Source: Magallana gigas (taxonomy: Eukaryota). From it: a DNA stretch of 64,000 nt. The position numbers and the translations under genes were made by a program. The notes beneath the pieces are model-generated. The model was not told the origin of the DNA, searched no databases, and saw nothing but the letters and a program-made list of their open reading frames with translations. The stretch covers positions 20,088,001 through 20,152,000 of the forward strand of contig NC_088854.1 in NCBI RefSeq assembly GCF_963853765.1. The letters run 5' to 3'. Positions 39,999 through 61,450 of this stretch are shown here, piece after piece. Position 1 is the first letter of the stretch. The number at the start of each line of letters is the position of its first letter.

Positions 39999-41478
39999 GG
40001 CTTCGGACGAAACGAAAACGCTGTACAATTCACTGCGAACTAATACGAGGAAATAGTGAAGTCTCACGCTCTCGCTGCTTTTGTTTACAGCGGGCGCGGA
40101 CGTCCTCGAAAACATCCCTTAAAATCGAAGCGCATATGCATAGTAGAATTGATGTGTGTTTTGATGCCGATGTTTACATCCTTGCTGCGCCGTTTAATGA
40201 GTACCGATTGCAGCTATTTTATGAAAATCACATTGTGTGGATATATCCCTACCATATCATCTGCATATTTTACGTAAATTCTCCGCTAAAGGAACTCAAA
40301 TGAAAGGAAAACGTAGGACAGAGTAGCAAATTCCAACTCCAAATGCCGATAAAGTCACGCAATGTCTTTAAAATTGATAATTATTCACAGAAAATTACTT
40401 TTTTTTAACGTCCAACATACAGACATAAGTGTATTGTATATCGTCTATTGTGTAGAAGGCCCATACATATCTTCTTTTAAGTGAAATTCACACCAGGTCC
40501 ATACACCCAGAAACACACGATACACAGAACAAGAGCAAGAGAGAATTATAAATTTTTAAAGTTGTCAGAAAGAAAAACAAATAAATAAAATAAAATAAGA
40601 AAGAAAAAGTCGTCACTTTAATAATAATATCAAAATATTCAGTGGCAAAAGTCATAGGATTTTTTGAAAAATAAAGAAAATTGAATTACATTATCTACTT
40701 TACGCGAAGTGCGATGTACAGTATAGTACGTGCAAGAAAACGGCGTTATGTTAACAAATGCACATACAGTCAAAAAGCATATCAACATAAATATAGATAT
40801 ACTAAGGTAGTAGTTGATCATGAATTGGGAAAAAAAACGGGTGATGAATGACGTGAATAAATAATTAGTTCATTTGTGCAATCATGATAACATTGCCAAA
40901 ACTGCAGTTTTCACGTGTGCACATCTTACTTAGACCTTAATTTGTAATGCGCAGACCATGCATACGTAGGTGAATGTACATTCACCGTTTGGATATCAAT
41001 TCAAATAGAAAAAGAATAATAATAATAATAATAAAATAACGCACAAATGATCTCCCCCATGAAACACTGTATAAAATCAGAATCGGATGTCGCAATTGTT
41101 CAAGTACATATCATTCTAACATTATGCATGCATTTATATCACTAGTTTAACCAATGTCAAACATGATCGAGATTTGAGCTCAAATTTTAATTTTTTCACA
41201 CACTAATGTATTTTTGAGGGGTAGCTGATATAAATTAAATTTGTGTTTAGCATTTGAGAGCGTTGGAACAACATCAAATTGGATATTAATTGAACATGAA
41301 TAGAAATTCATGTAATAGGTTGACGGTGTGTGGCAATGCATTCAATAAACGTGTAATGGGTATCTGCATTGTATATGTGTGCTTAATTACATGCTATAGA
41401 GACATCTTTTCGAAAAATATGGGTGGCCGTGAAAACGGCCGTTTGGTACAGACAAGTCAAGTCGACAGGGCTGACTTT

Positions 41479-41898
<420 letters not shown>

Positions 41899-42126
41899 TC
41901 AACGAATAACACGCCATGCGCTGCGCCACTCTATTTAAACACTTCCACGGATTGAAATGATCCACTAATCACAGCGCTCGTTTTAAACGCACCTCGGGCG
42001 TCCTGACCAATATGATGTTTACAAAGACGTCCGCAATTTACCTGTACGCTTCAATCCGCCTCGTGTTATATATAAATCTACCGAGAGCAATGCGCCATTC
42101 ATAGTTTCAGTCTTCACACTGTAAAC

Positions 42127-42498
42127 ATGCCACCCAAAGTTGGATCTAAAGGTTCTAAGAAAGCTGCCACCAAGGCTAAGGCCCAGAGAACTGGGGACAA
42201 GAAGAGGCGCAGGAGGAGGAGGGAATCCTACGCTATCTACATCTACAAAGTCTTGAAACAGGTGCACCCTGACACTGGAGTTTCCAGCAAGGCCATGAGC
42301 ATCATGAATTCTTTCGTCAATGACATCTTCGAGAGAATTGCCGCTGAGGCCTCCCGTCTGGCCCACTACAACAAACGCTCAACCATCACCAGCAGAGAAA
42401 TCCAGACTGCAGTCCGCCTTCTCCTGCCAGGTGAATTGGCCAAGCATGCTGTCTCTGAAGGTACCAAAGCTGTCACCAAGTACACCAGCAGCAAGTAA
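42127..42498 (+). CDS. H2B: Histone H2B, unit 3
   Basis: Canonical H2B ORF with stem-loop. Confidence 0.98.
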   Translation: MPPKVGSKGSKKAATKAKAQRTGDKKRRRRRRESYAIYIYKVLKQVHPDTGVSSKAMSIMNSFVNDIFERIAAEASRLAHYNKRSTITSREIQTAVRLLLPGELAKHAVSEGTKAVTKYTSSK

Positions 42499-43416
42499 AC
42501 TGCAGGGATATGTAGTTGACATAACCAAACGGCCCTTTTCAGGGCCACACAATTTTTTCGAAAAGCTACCATCATTACAATACGCAGTTACTGGTACATT
42601 AAATTTGTGTTCAATAGTCATGATTGTTTCACTATCAGAATGAGTACCCATCTTCACAGAAACTGAAATTACAACAGGCTGTCACATCTAAGAATAAAAA
42701 AAGTTCTGTCTCTATTACTGTACACCAATTACCTATTGATCTTCATTATTCAATATTATCGTACAATTTAATATATCAAAACAGTGCAATCTACAATATG
42801 GTCATAAAATAATGAGCTAAACATTATCAGTGTCTGCTTTTTCAATCATGATTAAAGTCAATTTCACTGCCCTATATTTTAATAGTTTTAATCCTTTTCA
42901 CCATAGCAATTTAATATCATTTCAACATGTAAGATAATAAAAATACAATTCTGCAGTTTTCAATTAAAATTTCTGATTTCAATTACTTATTCTGTCATGT
43001 TTTAGACACTTACAAGAGAAATCAATGAGGGTTGGAGGATCAAATGACATGAATATATTTCTTTACATTATCATTAAATCAATGCGCAATAACTGACCTA
43101 TTTAAATTTAAACAATAGTCATCTTCTGACATGTGAAATGTGGCTTACTTTAATATCATTCTTTGATTAGGCTAAGTGTAAAAGTGATTGTTCATAACAC
43201 TCATGTGACTTCCAACCACTCTTATTTCGAGTGCATGTGGCAGGGGAAATGAATGCTAACTCATTACTAATGACAGGTAAAAGTGTAGTATGTCTCACAG
43301 AGTGTGTCGGTGTATTTCACAGCATTTGTGATAGAGGCATCTTTTCTAAAAGTTTGGTGGCCGTTAAAACGGCCGTTTGTTTGTTGTCAGTGCTGCAAGC
43401 ACACAGGAGTGGCAGT

Positions 43417-45900
<2,484 letters not shown>

Positions 45901-46021
45901 TGAATGCACGCTTATTCAATAATTAGAGTATCAATTGTATGTAATGTGAAGGCATCTTTTCTAAAGGTTTTGGTGGCCGTGAAAACGGCCGTTTTGAGTT
46001 TGTCAAGAGACAAAAGAGAAT

Positions 46022-46444
<423 letters not shown>

Positions 46445-48122
46445 TCAAATGAATGAATGAGCCAGACGGTCCTCTGTATACACTTTATACCGAGTCGACG
46501 ATTAACTGTCTGCTCTCCGATATCACAGCACCCCCACTAACGACAATCGCCATTGGTGATCTTGACCGAGAGAGGTGGTCAGCGATTAGTCGATAATAAC
46601 CCGTTCCGATTGGCCAGGTGAAAAAATCATTTCGATCCGGCTTTTGCACAGAATTTGTGTACTCCGAAAAATATCGTCCGTGTACTTAGTGGAACAAAAC
46701 TTTTATTCCAATTATAACTAAAACTTATTTGATTTACATAAAGTATTAAACACCATCTATATTCTACAGGATGTAATTGATACTTTAAAAAAAGCTACAA
46801 CCCATTAGAATATTGCACAACTTACATTCACTCAATATTTTAACCTATTGATTCTCTGGCATTAAAATGGGAATAGTATATGCTGAATGATCATCTGATA
46901 TCTCAATTCAATTACAATAAACCCAGCATCATAACCCCCCCCCCCCCCCCAATAAATAAATAAGTAAATAAAGATATAGATTTATCAGAGAGAAACATAA
47001 AAGATCTATAGTTCAGAAGATCTACGCCATATGCATTTATATGTTTTATCATTCATGATTTAGCTAAGTAACAAAAGAACTTACTTTTATAGTTTGATTT
47101 GCACAGAAATATCCGGGCATGTAAGTCCAAAACACTAGTTGTAATTGTAAATACAGACACAATGAGAGCCACTTGATTCTGGAAAGAGAGGGGTAAAAAA
47201 TCTCAGGAAGACTGTATGTTTCAAAGTATCATGCAAACTATAAGGTGTAGATTTCAGTTTTTTGCTATTCTGTTCAGTGTCAAAGATAGAAGAAAGAATA
47301 ATGTAACCAGAGTAGAATCATAATAAAATAATGTTAAAAAAAATGCATGTTTGTTCTCTCTCTCTCTCTCGCTCTCTCTCTCTCTCTCCGTATGTTTCCT
47401 TTCAATCAGAATTCAACATCACTAATCTTATGATAATGTGTATCAACCCACTTTCTAGTTAGTCTACAACATATATGAATGATGTACATTATTTGTTGTA
47501 CTCATATCGCTTAGCCTTATAAATGTTGGATTTGAATAATGTAAATGCATGTATTTTTTTTTTGTGTATTCACTAAACAGACCTCAATCAATATCATGCA
47601 GTTAGTTGCAGGAGCAAAATAAAAAACAAAAAACACATTCATAGCTATGTTTGGTGTTTGTTATTTCTCTCATCTCACCCCCCACCCATAATTTTTCTTT
47701 CAAATCTTCATTACTACTCCTGTAAATTTTACTACTCGAGTATTCATACTCTGGTCTGTAGCCGTGAACATTATGAAAAAAGCATGCACCTTGCATTACA
47801 AACCCTTGCCATGTTACTCATTTACAATTTGTTTATATCTCCTTTTTAATATCTTATTTGTGAGTTTGTGTTGTTAATGCCCCCCCCCCCCCCTTCTGAA
47901 CCATACCATAGTCAGATATGAATTAATAATATGTAATAACACATTATCACAGAAAAACTAGAAGGGGCTTAATGTACCTGTATAAAGTGTATATGAATTC
48001 ATTGTACTTGCATGTTTCTTTGCAACTTGCATTTGTAATTAAGGCATCTTTTCGAAAAATATTGGTAGCCCTGAAAAGGGCTTTTGTTGAAGGTTTGCAA
48101 TCTGCAATGATGCTATGATTGC

Positions 48123-48725
48123 TTATTTTTTAGCTGCTGTCTTCTTGGGAGTCTTGGCTTTCTTTGGCTTGGCTGCTGCTGCTGCTTTTTTCGGAGTCTT
48201 GGCCTTCTTTGGCTTGGCTGCTGCCTTCTTAGGGGATTTGGCTGCCGTCTTCTTCTTGGGTGTCTTAACTTTCTTAGGTCCAGCTGCTTTCTTGGGGGAC
48301 TTCTTCTTCTTCTCAGCAGTCTTTTTCTCCCCTGCCGCCTTCCTAGGCTTAACAGCTGTGGCCTTCTTTGGTTTGGCTGCCTTGGGTTTGGTGACTTTCT
48401 TCGCCTTTGGTTTTTTCTCTGTCTTTGGCTTGTCTCCTAACTTGAAAGAGCCAGTGGCGCCTGTTCCTTTGGCTTGTTTCAGAGCGCCTTTCTTCACTCC
48501 GTTCTTGAGTGCCATTTTAAGGTGGACATTAATGGGGTTGACGTCGTTTCCCACTTTAAAGTTGGCCATTATGTACTTCAGAATGGCCTGTCTGGAAGAT
48601 CCACCACGCTCTTTCAGAGATTCCAAGGCGGCCCTGATCATGTCAACGTACTTGGGGTGTGCTGCAGGTACCTTAGGCTTAGTAACCTTCTTCTTGACTG
48701 GGGTTGTGGTTGCTGTGTCTGCCAT
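48123..48725 (-). CDS. H1: Linker histone H1
   Basis: Same protein as the 31891-32493 copy. Confidence 0.97.
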   Translation of the reverse strand: MADTATTTPVKKKVTKPKVPAAHPKYVDMIRAALESLKERGGSSRQAILKYIMANFKVGNDVNPINVHLKMALKNGVKKGALKQAKGTGATGSFKLGDKPKTEKKPKAKKVTKPKAAKPKKATAVKPRKAAGEKKTAEKKKKSPKKAAGPKKVKTPKKKTAAKSPKKAAAKPKKAKTPKKAAAAAKPKKAKTPKKTAAKK

Positions 48726-50205
48726 GGCTTCGGACGAAACGAAAACGCTGTACAATTCACTGCGAACTAATACGAGGAAATAGTGAAGTCTCACGCTCTC
48801 GCTGCTTTTGTTTACAGCGGGCGCGGACGTCCTCGAAAACATCCCTTAAAATCGAAGCGCATATGCATAGTAGAATTGATGTGTGTTTTGATGCCGATGT
48901 TTACATCCTTGCTGCGCCGTTTAATGAGTACCGATTGCAGCTATTTTATGAAAATCACATTGTGTGGATATATCCCTACCATATCATCTGCATATTTTAC
49001 GTAAATTCTCCGCTAAAGGAACTCAAATGAAAGGAAAACGTAGGACAGAGTAGCAAATTCCAACTCCAAATGCCGATAAAGTCACGCAATGTCTTTAAAA
49101 TTGATAATTATTCACAGAAAATTACTTTTTTTTAACGTCCAACATACAGACATAAGTGTATTGTATATCGTCTATTGTGTAGAAGGCCCATACATATCTT
49201 CTTTTAAGTGAAATTCACACCAGGTCCATACACCCAGAAACACACGATACACAGAACAAGAGCAAGAGAGAATTATAAATTTTTAAAGTTGTCAGAAAGA
49301 AAAACAAATAAATAAAATAAAATAAGAAAGAAAAAGTCGTCACTTTAATAATAATATCAAAATATTCAGTGGCAAAAGTCATAGGATTTTTTGAAAAATA
49401 AAGAAAATTGAATTACATTATCTACTTTACGCGAAGTGCGATGTACAGTATAGTACGTGCAAGAAAACGGCGTTATGTTAACAAATGCACATACAGTCAA
49501 AAAGCATATCAACATAAATATAGATATACTAAGGTAGTAGTTGATCATGAATTGGGAAAAAAAACGGGTGATGAATGACGTGAATAAATAATTAGTTCAT
49601 TTGTGCAATCATGATAACATTGCCAAAACTGCAGTTTTCACGTGTGCACATCTTACTTAGACCTTAATTTGTAATGCGCAGACCATGCATACGTAGGTGA
49701 ATGTACATTCACCGTTTGGATATCAATTCAAATAGAAAAAGAATAATAATAATAATAATAAAATAACGCACAAATGATCTCCCCCATGAAACACTGTATA
49801 AAATCAGAATCGGATGTCGCAATTGTTCAAGTACATATCATTCTAACATTATGCATGCATTTATATCACTAGTTTAACCAATGTCAAACATGATCGAGAT
49901 TTGAGCTCAAATTTTAATTTTTTCACACACTAATGTATTTTTGAGGGGTAGCTGATATAAATTAAATTTGTGTTTAGCATTTGAGAGCGTTGGAACAACA
50001 TCAAATTGGATATTAATTGAACATGAATAGAAATTCATGTAATAGGTTGACGGTGTGTGGCAATGCATTCAATAAACGTGTAATGGGTATCTGCATTGTA
50101 TATGTGTGCTTAATTACATGCTATAGAGACATCTTTTCGAAAAATATGGGTGGCCGTGAAAACGGCCGTTTGGTACAGACAAGTCAAGTCGACAGGGCTG
50201 ACTTT

Positions 50206-50625
<420 letters not shown>

Positions 50626-50853
50626 TCAACGAATAACACGCCATGCGCTGCGCCACTCTATTTAAACACTTCCACGGATTGAAATGATCCACTAATCACA
50701 GCGCTCGTTTTAAACGCACCTCGGGCGTCCTGACCAATATGATGTTTACAAAGACGTCCGCAATTTACCTGTACGCTTCAATCCGCCTCGTGTTATATAT
50801 AAATCTACCGAGAGCAATGCGCCATTCATAGTTTCAGTCTTCACACTGTAAAC

Positions 50854-51225
50854 ATGCCACCCAAAGTTGGATCTAAAGGTTCTAAGAAAGCTGCCACCAA
50901 GGCTAAGGCCCAGAGAACTGGGGACAAGAAGAGGCGCAGGAGGAGGAGGGAATCCTACGCTATCTACATCTACAAAGTCTTGAAACAGGTGCACCCTGAC
51001 ACTGGAGTTTCCAGCAAGGCCATGAGCATCATGAATTCTTTCGTCAATGACATCTTCGAGAGAATTGCCGCTGAGGCCTCCCGTCTGGCCCACTACAACA
51101 AACGCTCAACCATCACCAGCAGAGAAATCCAGACTGCAGTCCGCCTTCTCCTGCCAGGTGAATTGGCCAAGCATGCTGTCTCTGAAGGTACCAAAGCTGT
51201 CACCAAGTACACCAGCAGCAAGTAA
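50854..51225 (+). CDS. H2B: Histone H2B, unit 4
   Basis: Canonical H2B ORF with stem-loop. Confidence 0.98.
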   Translation: MPPKVGSKGSKKAATKAKAQRTGDKKRRRRRRESYAIYIYKVLKQVHPDTGVSSKAMSIMNSFVNDIFERIAAEASRLAHYNKRSTITSREIQTAVRLLLPGELAKHAVSEGTKAVTKYTSSK

Positions 51226-52143
51226 ACTGCAGGGATATGTAGTTGACATAACCAAACGGCCCTTTTCAGGGCCACACAATTTTTTCGAAAAGCTACCATC
51301 ATTACAATACGCAGTTACTGGTACATTAAATTTGTGTTCAATAGTCATGATTGTTTCACTATCAGAATGAGTACCCATCTTCACAGAAACTGAAATTACA
51401 ACAGGCTGTCACATCTAAGAATAAAAAAAGTTCTGTCTCTATTACTGTACACCAATTACCTATTGATCTTCATTATTCAATATTATCGTACAATTTAATA
51501 TATCAAAACAGTGCAATCTACAATATGGTCATAAAATAATGAGCTAAACATTATCAGTGTCTGCTTTTTCAATCATGATTAAAGTCAATTTCACTGCCCT
51601 ATATTTTAATAGTTTTAATCCTTTTCACCATAGCAATTTAATATCATTTCAACATGTAAGATAATAAAAATACAATTCTGCAGTTTTCAATTAAAATTTC
51701 TGATTTCAATTACTTATTCTGTCATGTTTTAGACACTTACAAGAGAAATCAATGAGGGTTGGAGGATCAAATGACATGAATATATTTCTTTACATTATCA
51801 TTAAATCAATGCGCAATAACTGACCTATTTAAATTTAAACAATAGTCATCTTCTGACATGTGAAATGTGGCTTACTTTAATATCATTCTTTGATTAGGCT
51901 AAGTGTAAAAGTGATTGTTCATAACACTCATGTGACTTCCAACCACTCTTATTTCGAGTGCATGTGGCAGGGGAAATGAATGCTAACTCATTACTAATGA
52001 CAGGTAAAAGTGTAGTATGTCTCACAGAGCGTGTCGGTGTATTTCACAGCATTTGTGATAGAGGCATCTTTTCTAAAAGTTTGGTGGCCGTTAAAACGGC
52101 CGTTTGTTTGTTGTCAGTGCTGCAAGCACACAGGAGTGGCAGT

Positions 52144-52524
<381 letters not shown>

Positions 52525-53525
52525 TTACGACCCGTGAGAAGGCACCATACCTTGAAAAGTTCGGCAGTACAAACTAGGCGATTAGTAAAGTCAACGCTGA
52601 TTGGCTAAGGTATAAACCCGCCTCGGGCCTTATCTGTTTTACATGGAATCCACATACACACATCTTACATATTTACTGTGTCGGTTTTCTTATCATAGTT
52701 TATACTTAATTTATATCATTAACTGTTACGAAATATTAAATATATATACATGTTTATATAAGTGTACTGCACACCTGTACAATTCATCGAAAAGAATTAA
52801 ATTGGTAATAAATGAATGTGCAGTGTGTAAAAAAAAAAAAAAAACCATAACAAAACAAAACAAAACAAAAAAAAGACAAAAAGAAAAAAAACCTGATCAA
52901 CAGGATGTATCAAATGGAATGAGGCAAAAGATATGGTCAGAGCCAGTAGCTAAAATCTAAGAGACATTAACTGATTTCACAAAATTAATGTAATTTATTC
53001 AAAAGACACAATATGATTCCTGTATTCCTTCTCCATAAAGGAACATACTCCTATTTTAATAATAATTAGCAGATTGACCTTTAGGAACATCATGACTATG
53101 TTATAAATCCATAATATAAGAATGATAATGGTATTTACATTTTTGTTATAATTAAAGATATCTTCTTATTTCTTTTTTTTAATGTACACATTTGTGTTAG
53201 TTTGAGTTTTGCTCGCAGTGGGACAGTTACCATTTATAGCAATAGTTTTGACAGTTTGTGATATATCAATTCACTGTTTCTCATGTTGTCCATTTGTTAA
53301 GAAAGTTTCCACTGAAATATACTTGTATTGCTGTATTTATTTTATTCATGGGATATATGTGTGCGTGTGTTTATGCGAGCCATCTTACATATATTTATTA
53401 TAGATGAATGCACGCTTATTCAATAATTAGAGTATCAATTGTATGTAATGTGAAGGCATCTTTTCTAAAGGTTTTGGTGGCCGTGAAAACGGCCGTTTTG
53501 AGTTTGTCAAGAGACAAAAGAGAAT

Positions 53526-53948
<423 letters not shown>

Positions 53949-55625
53949 TCAAATGAATGAATGAGCCAGACGGTCCTCTGTATACACTTTATACCGAGTC
54001 GACGATTAACTGTCTGCTCTCCGATATCACAGCACCCCCACTAACGACAATCGCCATTGGTGATCTTGACCGAGAGAGGTGGTCAGCGATTAGTCGATAA
54101 TAACCCGTTCCGATTGGCCAGGTGAAAAAATCATTTCGATCCGGCTTTTGCACAGAATTTGTGTACTCCGAAAAATATCGTCCGTGTACTTAGTGGAACA
54201 AAACTTTTATTCCAATTATAACTAAAACTTATTTGATTTACATAAAGTATTAAACACCATCTATATTCTACAGGATGTAATTGATACTTTAAAAAAAGCT
54301 ACAACCCATTAGAATATTGCACAACTTACATTCACTCAATATTTTAACCTATTGATTCTCTGGCATTAAAATGGGAATAGTATATGCTGAATGATCATCT
54401 GATATCTCAATTCAATTACAATAAACCCAGCATCATAACCCCCCCCCCCCCCAATAAATAAATAAGTAAATAAAGATATAGATTTATCAGAGAGAAACAT
54501 AAAAGATCTATAGTTCAGAAGATCTACGCCATATGCATTTATATGTTTTATCATTCATGATTTAGCTAAGTAACAAAAGAACTTACTTTTATAGTTTGAT
54601 TTGCACAGAAATATCCGGGCATGTAAGTCCAAAACACTAGTTGTAATTGTAAATACAGACACAATGAGAGCCACTTGATTCTGGAAAGAGAGGGGTAAAA
54701 AATCTCAGGAAGACTGTATGTTTCAAAGTTCATCATGCAAACTATAAGGTGTAGATTTCAGTTTTTTGCTATTCTGTTCAGTGTCAAAGATAGAAGAAAG
54801 AATAATGTAACCAGAGTAGAATCATAATAAAATAATGTTAAAAAAAATGCATGTTTGTTCTCTCTCTCTCTCTCGCTCTCTCTCTCTCTCCGTATGTTTC
54901 CTTTCAATCAGAATTCAACATCACTAATCTTATGATAATGTGTATCAACCCACTTTCTAGTTAGTCTACAACATATATGAATGATGTACATTATTTGTTG
55001 TACTCATATCGCTTAGCCTTATAAATGTTGGATTTGAATAATGTAAATGCATGTATTTTTTTTTTGTGTATTCACTAAACAGACCTCAATCAATATCATG
55101 CAGTTAGTTGCAGGAGCAAAATAAAAAACAAAAAACACATTCATAGCTATGTTTGGTGTTTGTTATTTCTCTCATCTCACCCCCCACCCATAATTTTTCT
55201 TTCAAATCTTCATTACTACTCCTGTAAATTTTACTACTCGAGTATTCATACTCTGGTCTGTAGCCGTGAACATTATGAAAAAAGCATGCACCTTGCATTA
55301 CAAACCCTTGCCATGTTACTCATTTACAATTTGTTTATATCTCCTTTTTAATATCTTATTTGTGAGTTTGTGTTGTTAATGCCCCCCCCCCCCCCCTTCT
55401 GAACCATACCATAGTCAGATATGAATTAATAATATGTAATAACACATTATCACAGAAAAACTAGAAGGGGCTTAATGTACCTGTATAAAGTGTATATGAA
55501 TTCATTGTACTTGCATGTTTCTTTGCAACTTGCATTTGTAATTAAGGCATCTTTTCGAAAAATATTGGTAGCCCTGAAAAGGGCTTTTGTTGAAGGTTTG
55601 CAATCTGCAATGATGCTATGATTGC

Positions 55626-56228
55626 TTATTTTTTAGCTGCTGTCTTCTTGGGAGTCTTGGCTTTCTTTGGCTTGGCTGCTGCTGCTGCTTTTTTCGGAGT
55701 CTTGGCCTTCTTTGGCTTGGCTGCTGCCTTCTTAGGGGATTTGGCTGCCGTCTTCTTCTTGGGTGTCTTAACTTTCTTAGGTCCAGCTGCTTTCTTGGGG
55801 GACTTCTTCTTCTTCTCAGCAGTCTTTTTCTCCCTTGCCGCCTTCCTAGGCTTAACAGCTGTGGCCTTCTTTGGTTTGGCTGCCTTGGGTTTGGTGACTT
55901 TCTTCGCCTTTGGTTTTTTCTCTGTCTTTGGCTTGTCTCCTAACTTGAAAGAGCCAGTGGCGCCTGTTCCTTTGGCTTGTTTCAGAGCGCCTTTCTTCAC
56001 TCCGTTCTTGAGTGCCATTTTAAGGTGGACATTAATGGGGTTGACGTCGTTTCCCACTTTAAAGTTGGCCATTATGTACTTCAGAATGGCCTGTCTGGAA
56101 GATCCACCACGCTCTTTCAGAGATTCCAAGGCGGCCCTGATCATGTCAACGTACTTGGGGTGTGCTGCAGGTACCTTAGGCTTAGTAACCTTCTTCTTGA
56201 CTGGGGTTGTGGTTGCTGTGTCTGCCAT
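55626..56228 (-). CDS. H1: Linker histone H1, G132R variant copy
   Basis: KAAREKK instead of KAAGEKK; substitution at 55835. Confidence 0.96.
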   Translation of the reverse strand: MADTATTTPVKKKVTKPKVPAAHPKYVDMIRAALESLKERGGSSRQAILKYIMANFKVGNDVNPINVHLKMALKNGVKKGALKQAKGTGATGSFKLGDKPKTEKKPKAKKVTKPKAAKPKKATAVKPRKAAREKKTAEKKKKSPKKAAGPKKVKTPKKKTAAKSPKKAAAKPKKAKTPKKAAAAAKPKKAKTPKKTAAKK

Positions 56229-57708
56229 GGCTTCGGACGAAACGAAAACGCTGTACAATTCACTGCGAACTAATACGAGGAAATAGTGAAGTCTCACGCT
56301 CTCGCTGCTTTTGTTTACAGCGGGCGCGGACGTCCTCGAAAACATCCCTTAAAATCGAAGCGCATATGCATAGTAGAATTGATGTGTGTTTTGATGCCGA
56401 TGTTTACATCCTTGCTGCGCCGTTTAATGAGTACCGATTGCAGCTATTTTATGAAAATCACATTGTGTGGATATATCCCTACCATATCATCTGCATATTT
56501 TACGTAAATTCTCCGCTAAAGGAACTCAAATGAAAGGAAAACGTAGGACAGAGTAGCAAATTCCAACTCCAAATGCCGATAAAGTCACGCAATGTCTTTA
56601 AAATTGATAATTATTCACAGAAAATTACTTTTTTTTAACGTCCAACATACAGACATAAGTGTATTGTATATCGTCTATTGTGTAGAAGGCCCATACATAT
56701 CTTCTTTTAAGTGAAATTCACACCAGGTCCATACACCCAGAAACACACGATACACAGAACAAGAGCAAGAGAGAATTATAAATTTTTAAAGTTGTCAGAA
56801 AGAAAAACAAATAAATAAAATAAAATAAGAAAGAAAAAGTCGTCACTTTAATAATAATATCAAAATATTCAGTGGCAAAAGTCATAGGATTTTTTGAAAA
56901 ATAAAGAAAATTGAATTACATTATCTACTTTACGCGAAGTGCGATGTACAGTATAGTACGTGCAAGAAAACGGCGTTATGTTAACAAATGCACATACAGT
57001 CAAAAAGCATATCAACATAAATATAGATATACTAAGGTAGTAGTTGATCATGAATTGGGAAAAAAAACGGGTGATGAATGACGTGAATAAATAATTAGTT
57101 CATTTGTGCAATCATGATAACATTGCCAAAACTGCAGTTTTCACGTGTGCACATCTTACTTAGACCTTAATTTGTAATGCGCAGACCATGCATACGTAGG
57201 TGAATGTACATTCACCGTTTGGATATCAATTCAAATAGAAAAAGAATAATAATAATAATAATAAAATAACGCACAAATGATCTCCCCCATGAAACACTGT
57301 ATAAAATCAGAATCGGATGTCGCAATTGTTCAAGTACATATCATTCTAACATTATGCATGCATTTATATCACTAGTTTAACCAATGTCAAACATGATCGA
57401 GATTTGAGCTCAAATTTTAATTTTTTCACACACTAATGTATTTTTGAGGGGTAGCTGATATAAATTAAATTTGTGTTTAGCATTTGAGAGCGTTGGAACA
57501 ACATCAAATTGGATATTAATTGAACATGAATAGAAATTCATGTAATAGGTTGACGGTGTGTGGCAATGCATTCAATAAACGTGTAATGGGTATCTGCATT
57601 GTATATGTGTGCTTAATTACATGCTATAGAGACATCTTTTCGAAAAATATGGGTGGCCGTGAAAACGGCCGTTTGGTACAGACAAGTCAAGTCGACAGGG
57701 CTGACTTT

Positions 57709-58128
<420 letters not shown>

Positions 58129-58356
58129 TCAACGAATAACACGCCATGCGCTGCGCCACTCTATTTAAACACTTCCACGGATTGAAATGATCCACTAATC
58201 ACAGCGCTCGTTTTAAACGCACCTCGGGCGTCCTGACCAATATGATGTTTACAAAGACGTCCGCAATTTACCTGTACGCTTCAATCCGCCTCGTGTTATA
58301 TATAAATCTACCGAGAGCAATGCGCCATTCATAGTTTCAGTCTTCACACTGTAAAC

Positions 58357-58728
58357 ATGCCACCCAAAGTTGGATCTAAAGGTTCTAAGAAAGCTGCCAC
58401 CAAGGCTAAGGCCCAGAGAACTGGGGACAAGAAGAGGCGCAGGAGGAGGAGGGAATCCTACGCTATCTACATCTACAAAGTCTTGAAACAGGTGCACCCT
58501 GACACTGGAGTTTCCAGCAAGGCCATGAGCATCATGAATTCTTTCGTCAATGACATCTTCGAGAGAATTGCCGCTGAGGCCTCCCGTCTGGCCCACTACA
58601 ACAAACGCTCAACCATCACCAGCAGAGAAATCCAGACTGCAGTCCGCCTTCTCCTGCCAGGTGAATTGGCCAAGCATGCTGTCTCTGAAGGTACCAAAGC
58701 TGTCACCAAGTACACCAGCAGCAAGTAA
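58357..58728 (+). CDS. H2B: Histone H2B, unit 5
   Basis: Canonical H2B ORF with stem-loop. Confidence 0.98.
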   Translation: MPPKVGSKGSKKAATKAKAQRTGDKKRRRRRRESYAIYIYKVLKQVHPDTGVSSKAMSIMNSFVNDIFERIAAEASRLAHYNKRSTITSREIQTAVRLLLPGELAKHAVSEGTKAVTKYTSSK

Positions 58729-59646
58729 ACTGCAGGGATATGTAGTTGACATAACCAAACGGCCCTTTTCAGGGCCACACAATTTTTTCGAAAAGCTACC
58801 ATCATTACAATACGCAGTTACTGGTACATTAAATTTGTGTTCAATAGTCATGATTGTTTCACTATCAGAATGAGTACCCATCTTCACAGAAACTGAAATT
58901 ACAACAGGCTGTCACATCTAAGAATAAAAAAAGTTCTGTCTCTATTACTGTACACCAATTACCTATTGATCTTCATTATTCAATATTATCGTACAATTTA
59001 ATATATCAAAACAGTGCAATCTACAATATGGTCATAAAATAATGAGCTAAACATTATCAGTGTCTGCTTTTTCAATCATGATTAAAGTCAATTTCACTGC
59101 CCTATATTTTAATAGTTTTAATCCTTTTCACCATAGCAATTTAATATCATTTCAACATGTAAGATAATAAAAATACAATTCTGCAGTTTTCAATTAAAAT
59201 TTCTGATTTCAATTACTTATTCTGTCATGTTTTAGACACTTACAAGAGAAATCAATGAGGGTTGGAGGATCAAATGACATGAATATATTTCTTTACATTA
59301 TCATTAAATCAATGCGCAATAACTGACCTATTTAAATTTAAACAATAGTCATCTTCTGACATGTGAAATGTGGCTTACTTTAATATCATTCTTTGATTAG
59401 GCTAAGTGTAAAAGTGATTGTTCATAACACTCATGTGACTTCCAACCACTCTTATTTCGAGTGCATGTGGCAGGGGAAATGAATGCTAACTCATTACTAA
59501 TGACAGGTAAAAGTGTAGTATGTCTCACAGAGCGTGTCGGTGTATTTCACAGCATTTGTGATAGAGGCATCTTTTCTAAAAGTTTGGTGGCCGTTAAAAC
59601 GGCCGTTTGTTTGTTGTCAGTGCTGCAAGCACACAGGAGTGGCAGT

Positions 59647-60027
<381 letters not shown>

Positions 60028-61027
60028 TTACGACCCGTGAGAAGGCACCATACCTTGAAAAGTTCGGCAGTACAAACTAGGCGATTAGTAAAGTCAACGC
60101 TGATTGGCTAAGGTATAAACCCGCCTCGGGCCTTATCTGTTTGACATGGAATCCACATACACACATCTTACATATTTACTGTGTCGGTTTTCTTATCATA
60201 GTTTATACTTAATTTATATCATTAACTGTTACGAAATATTAAATATATATACATGTTTATATAAGTGTACTGCACACCTGTACAATTCATCGAAAAGAAT
60301 TAAATTGGTAATAAATGAATGTGCAGTGTGTAAAAAAAAAAAAAAACCAAAACAAAACAAAACAAAACAAAAAAAAGACAAAAAGAAAAAAAACCTGATC
60401 AACAGGATGTATCAAATGGAATGAGGCAAAAGATATGGTCAGAGCCAGTAGCTAAAATCTAAGAGACATTAACTGATTTCACAAAATTAATGTAATTTAT
60501 TCAAAAGACACAATATGATTCCTGTATTCCTTCTCCATAAAGGAACATACTCCTATTTTAATAATAATTAGCAGATTGACCTTTAGGAACATCATGACTA
60601 TGTTATAAATCCATAATATAAGAATGATAATGGTATTTACATTTTTGTTATAATTAAAGATATCTTCTTATTTCTTTTTTTTAATGTACACATTTGTGTT
60701 AGTTTGAGTTTTGCTCGCAGTGGGACAGTTACCATTTATAGCAATAGTTTTGACAGTTTGTGATATATCAATTCACTGTTTCTCATGTTGTCCATTTGTT
60801 AAGAAAGTTTCCACTGAAATATACTTGTATTGCTGTATTTATTTTATTCATGGGATATATGTGTGCGTGTGTTTATGCGAGCCATCTTACATATATTTAT
60901 TATAGATGAATGCACGCTTATTCAATAATTAGAGTATCAATTGTATGTAATGTGAAGGCATCTTTTCTAAAGGTTTTGGTGGCCGTGAAAACGGCCGTTT
61001 TGAGTTTGTCAAGAGACAAAAGAGAAT

Positions 61028-61450
<423 letters not shown>

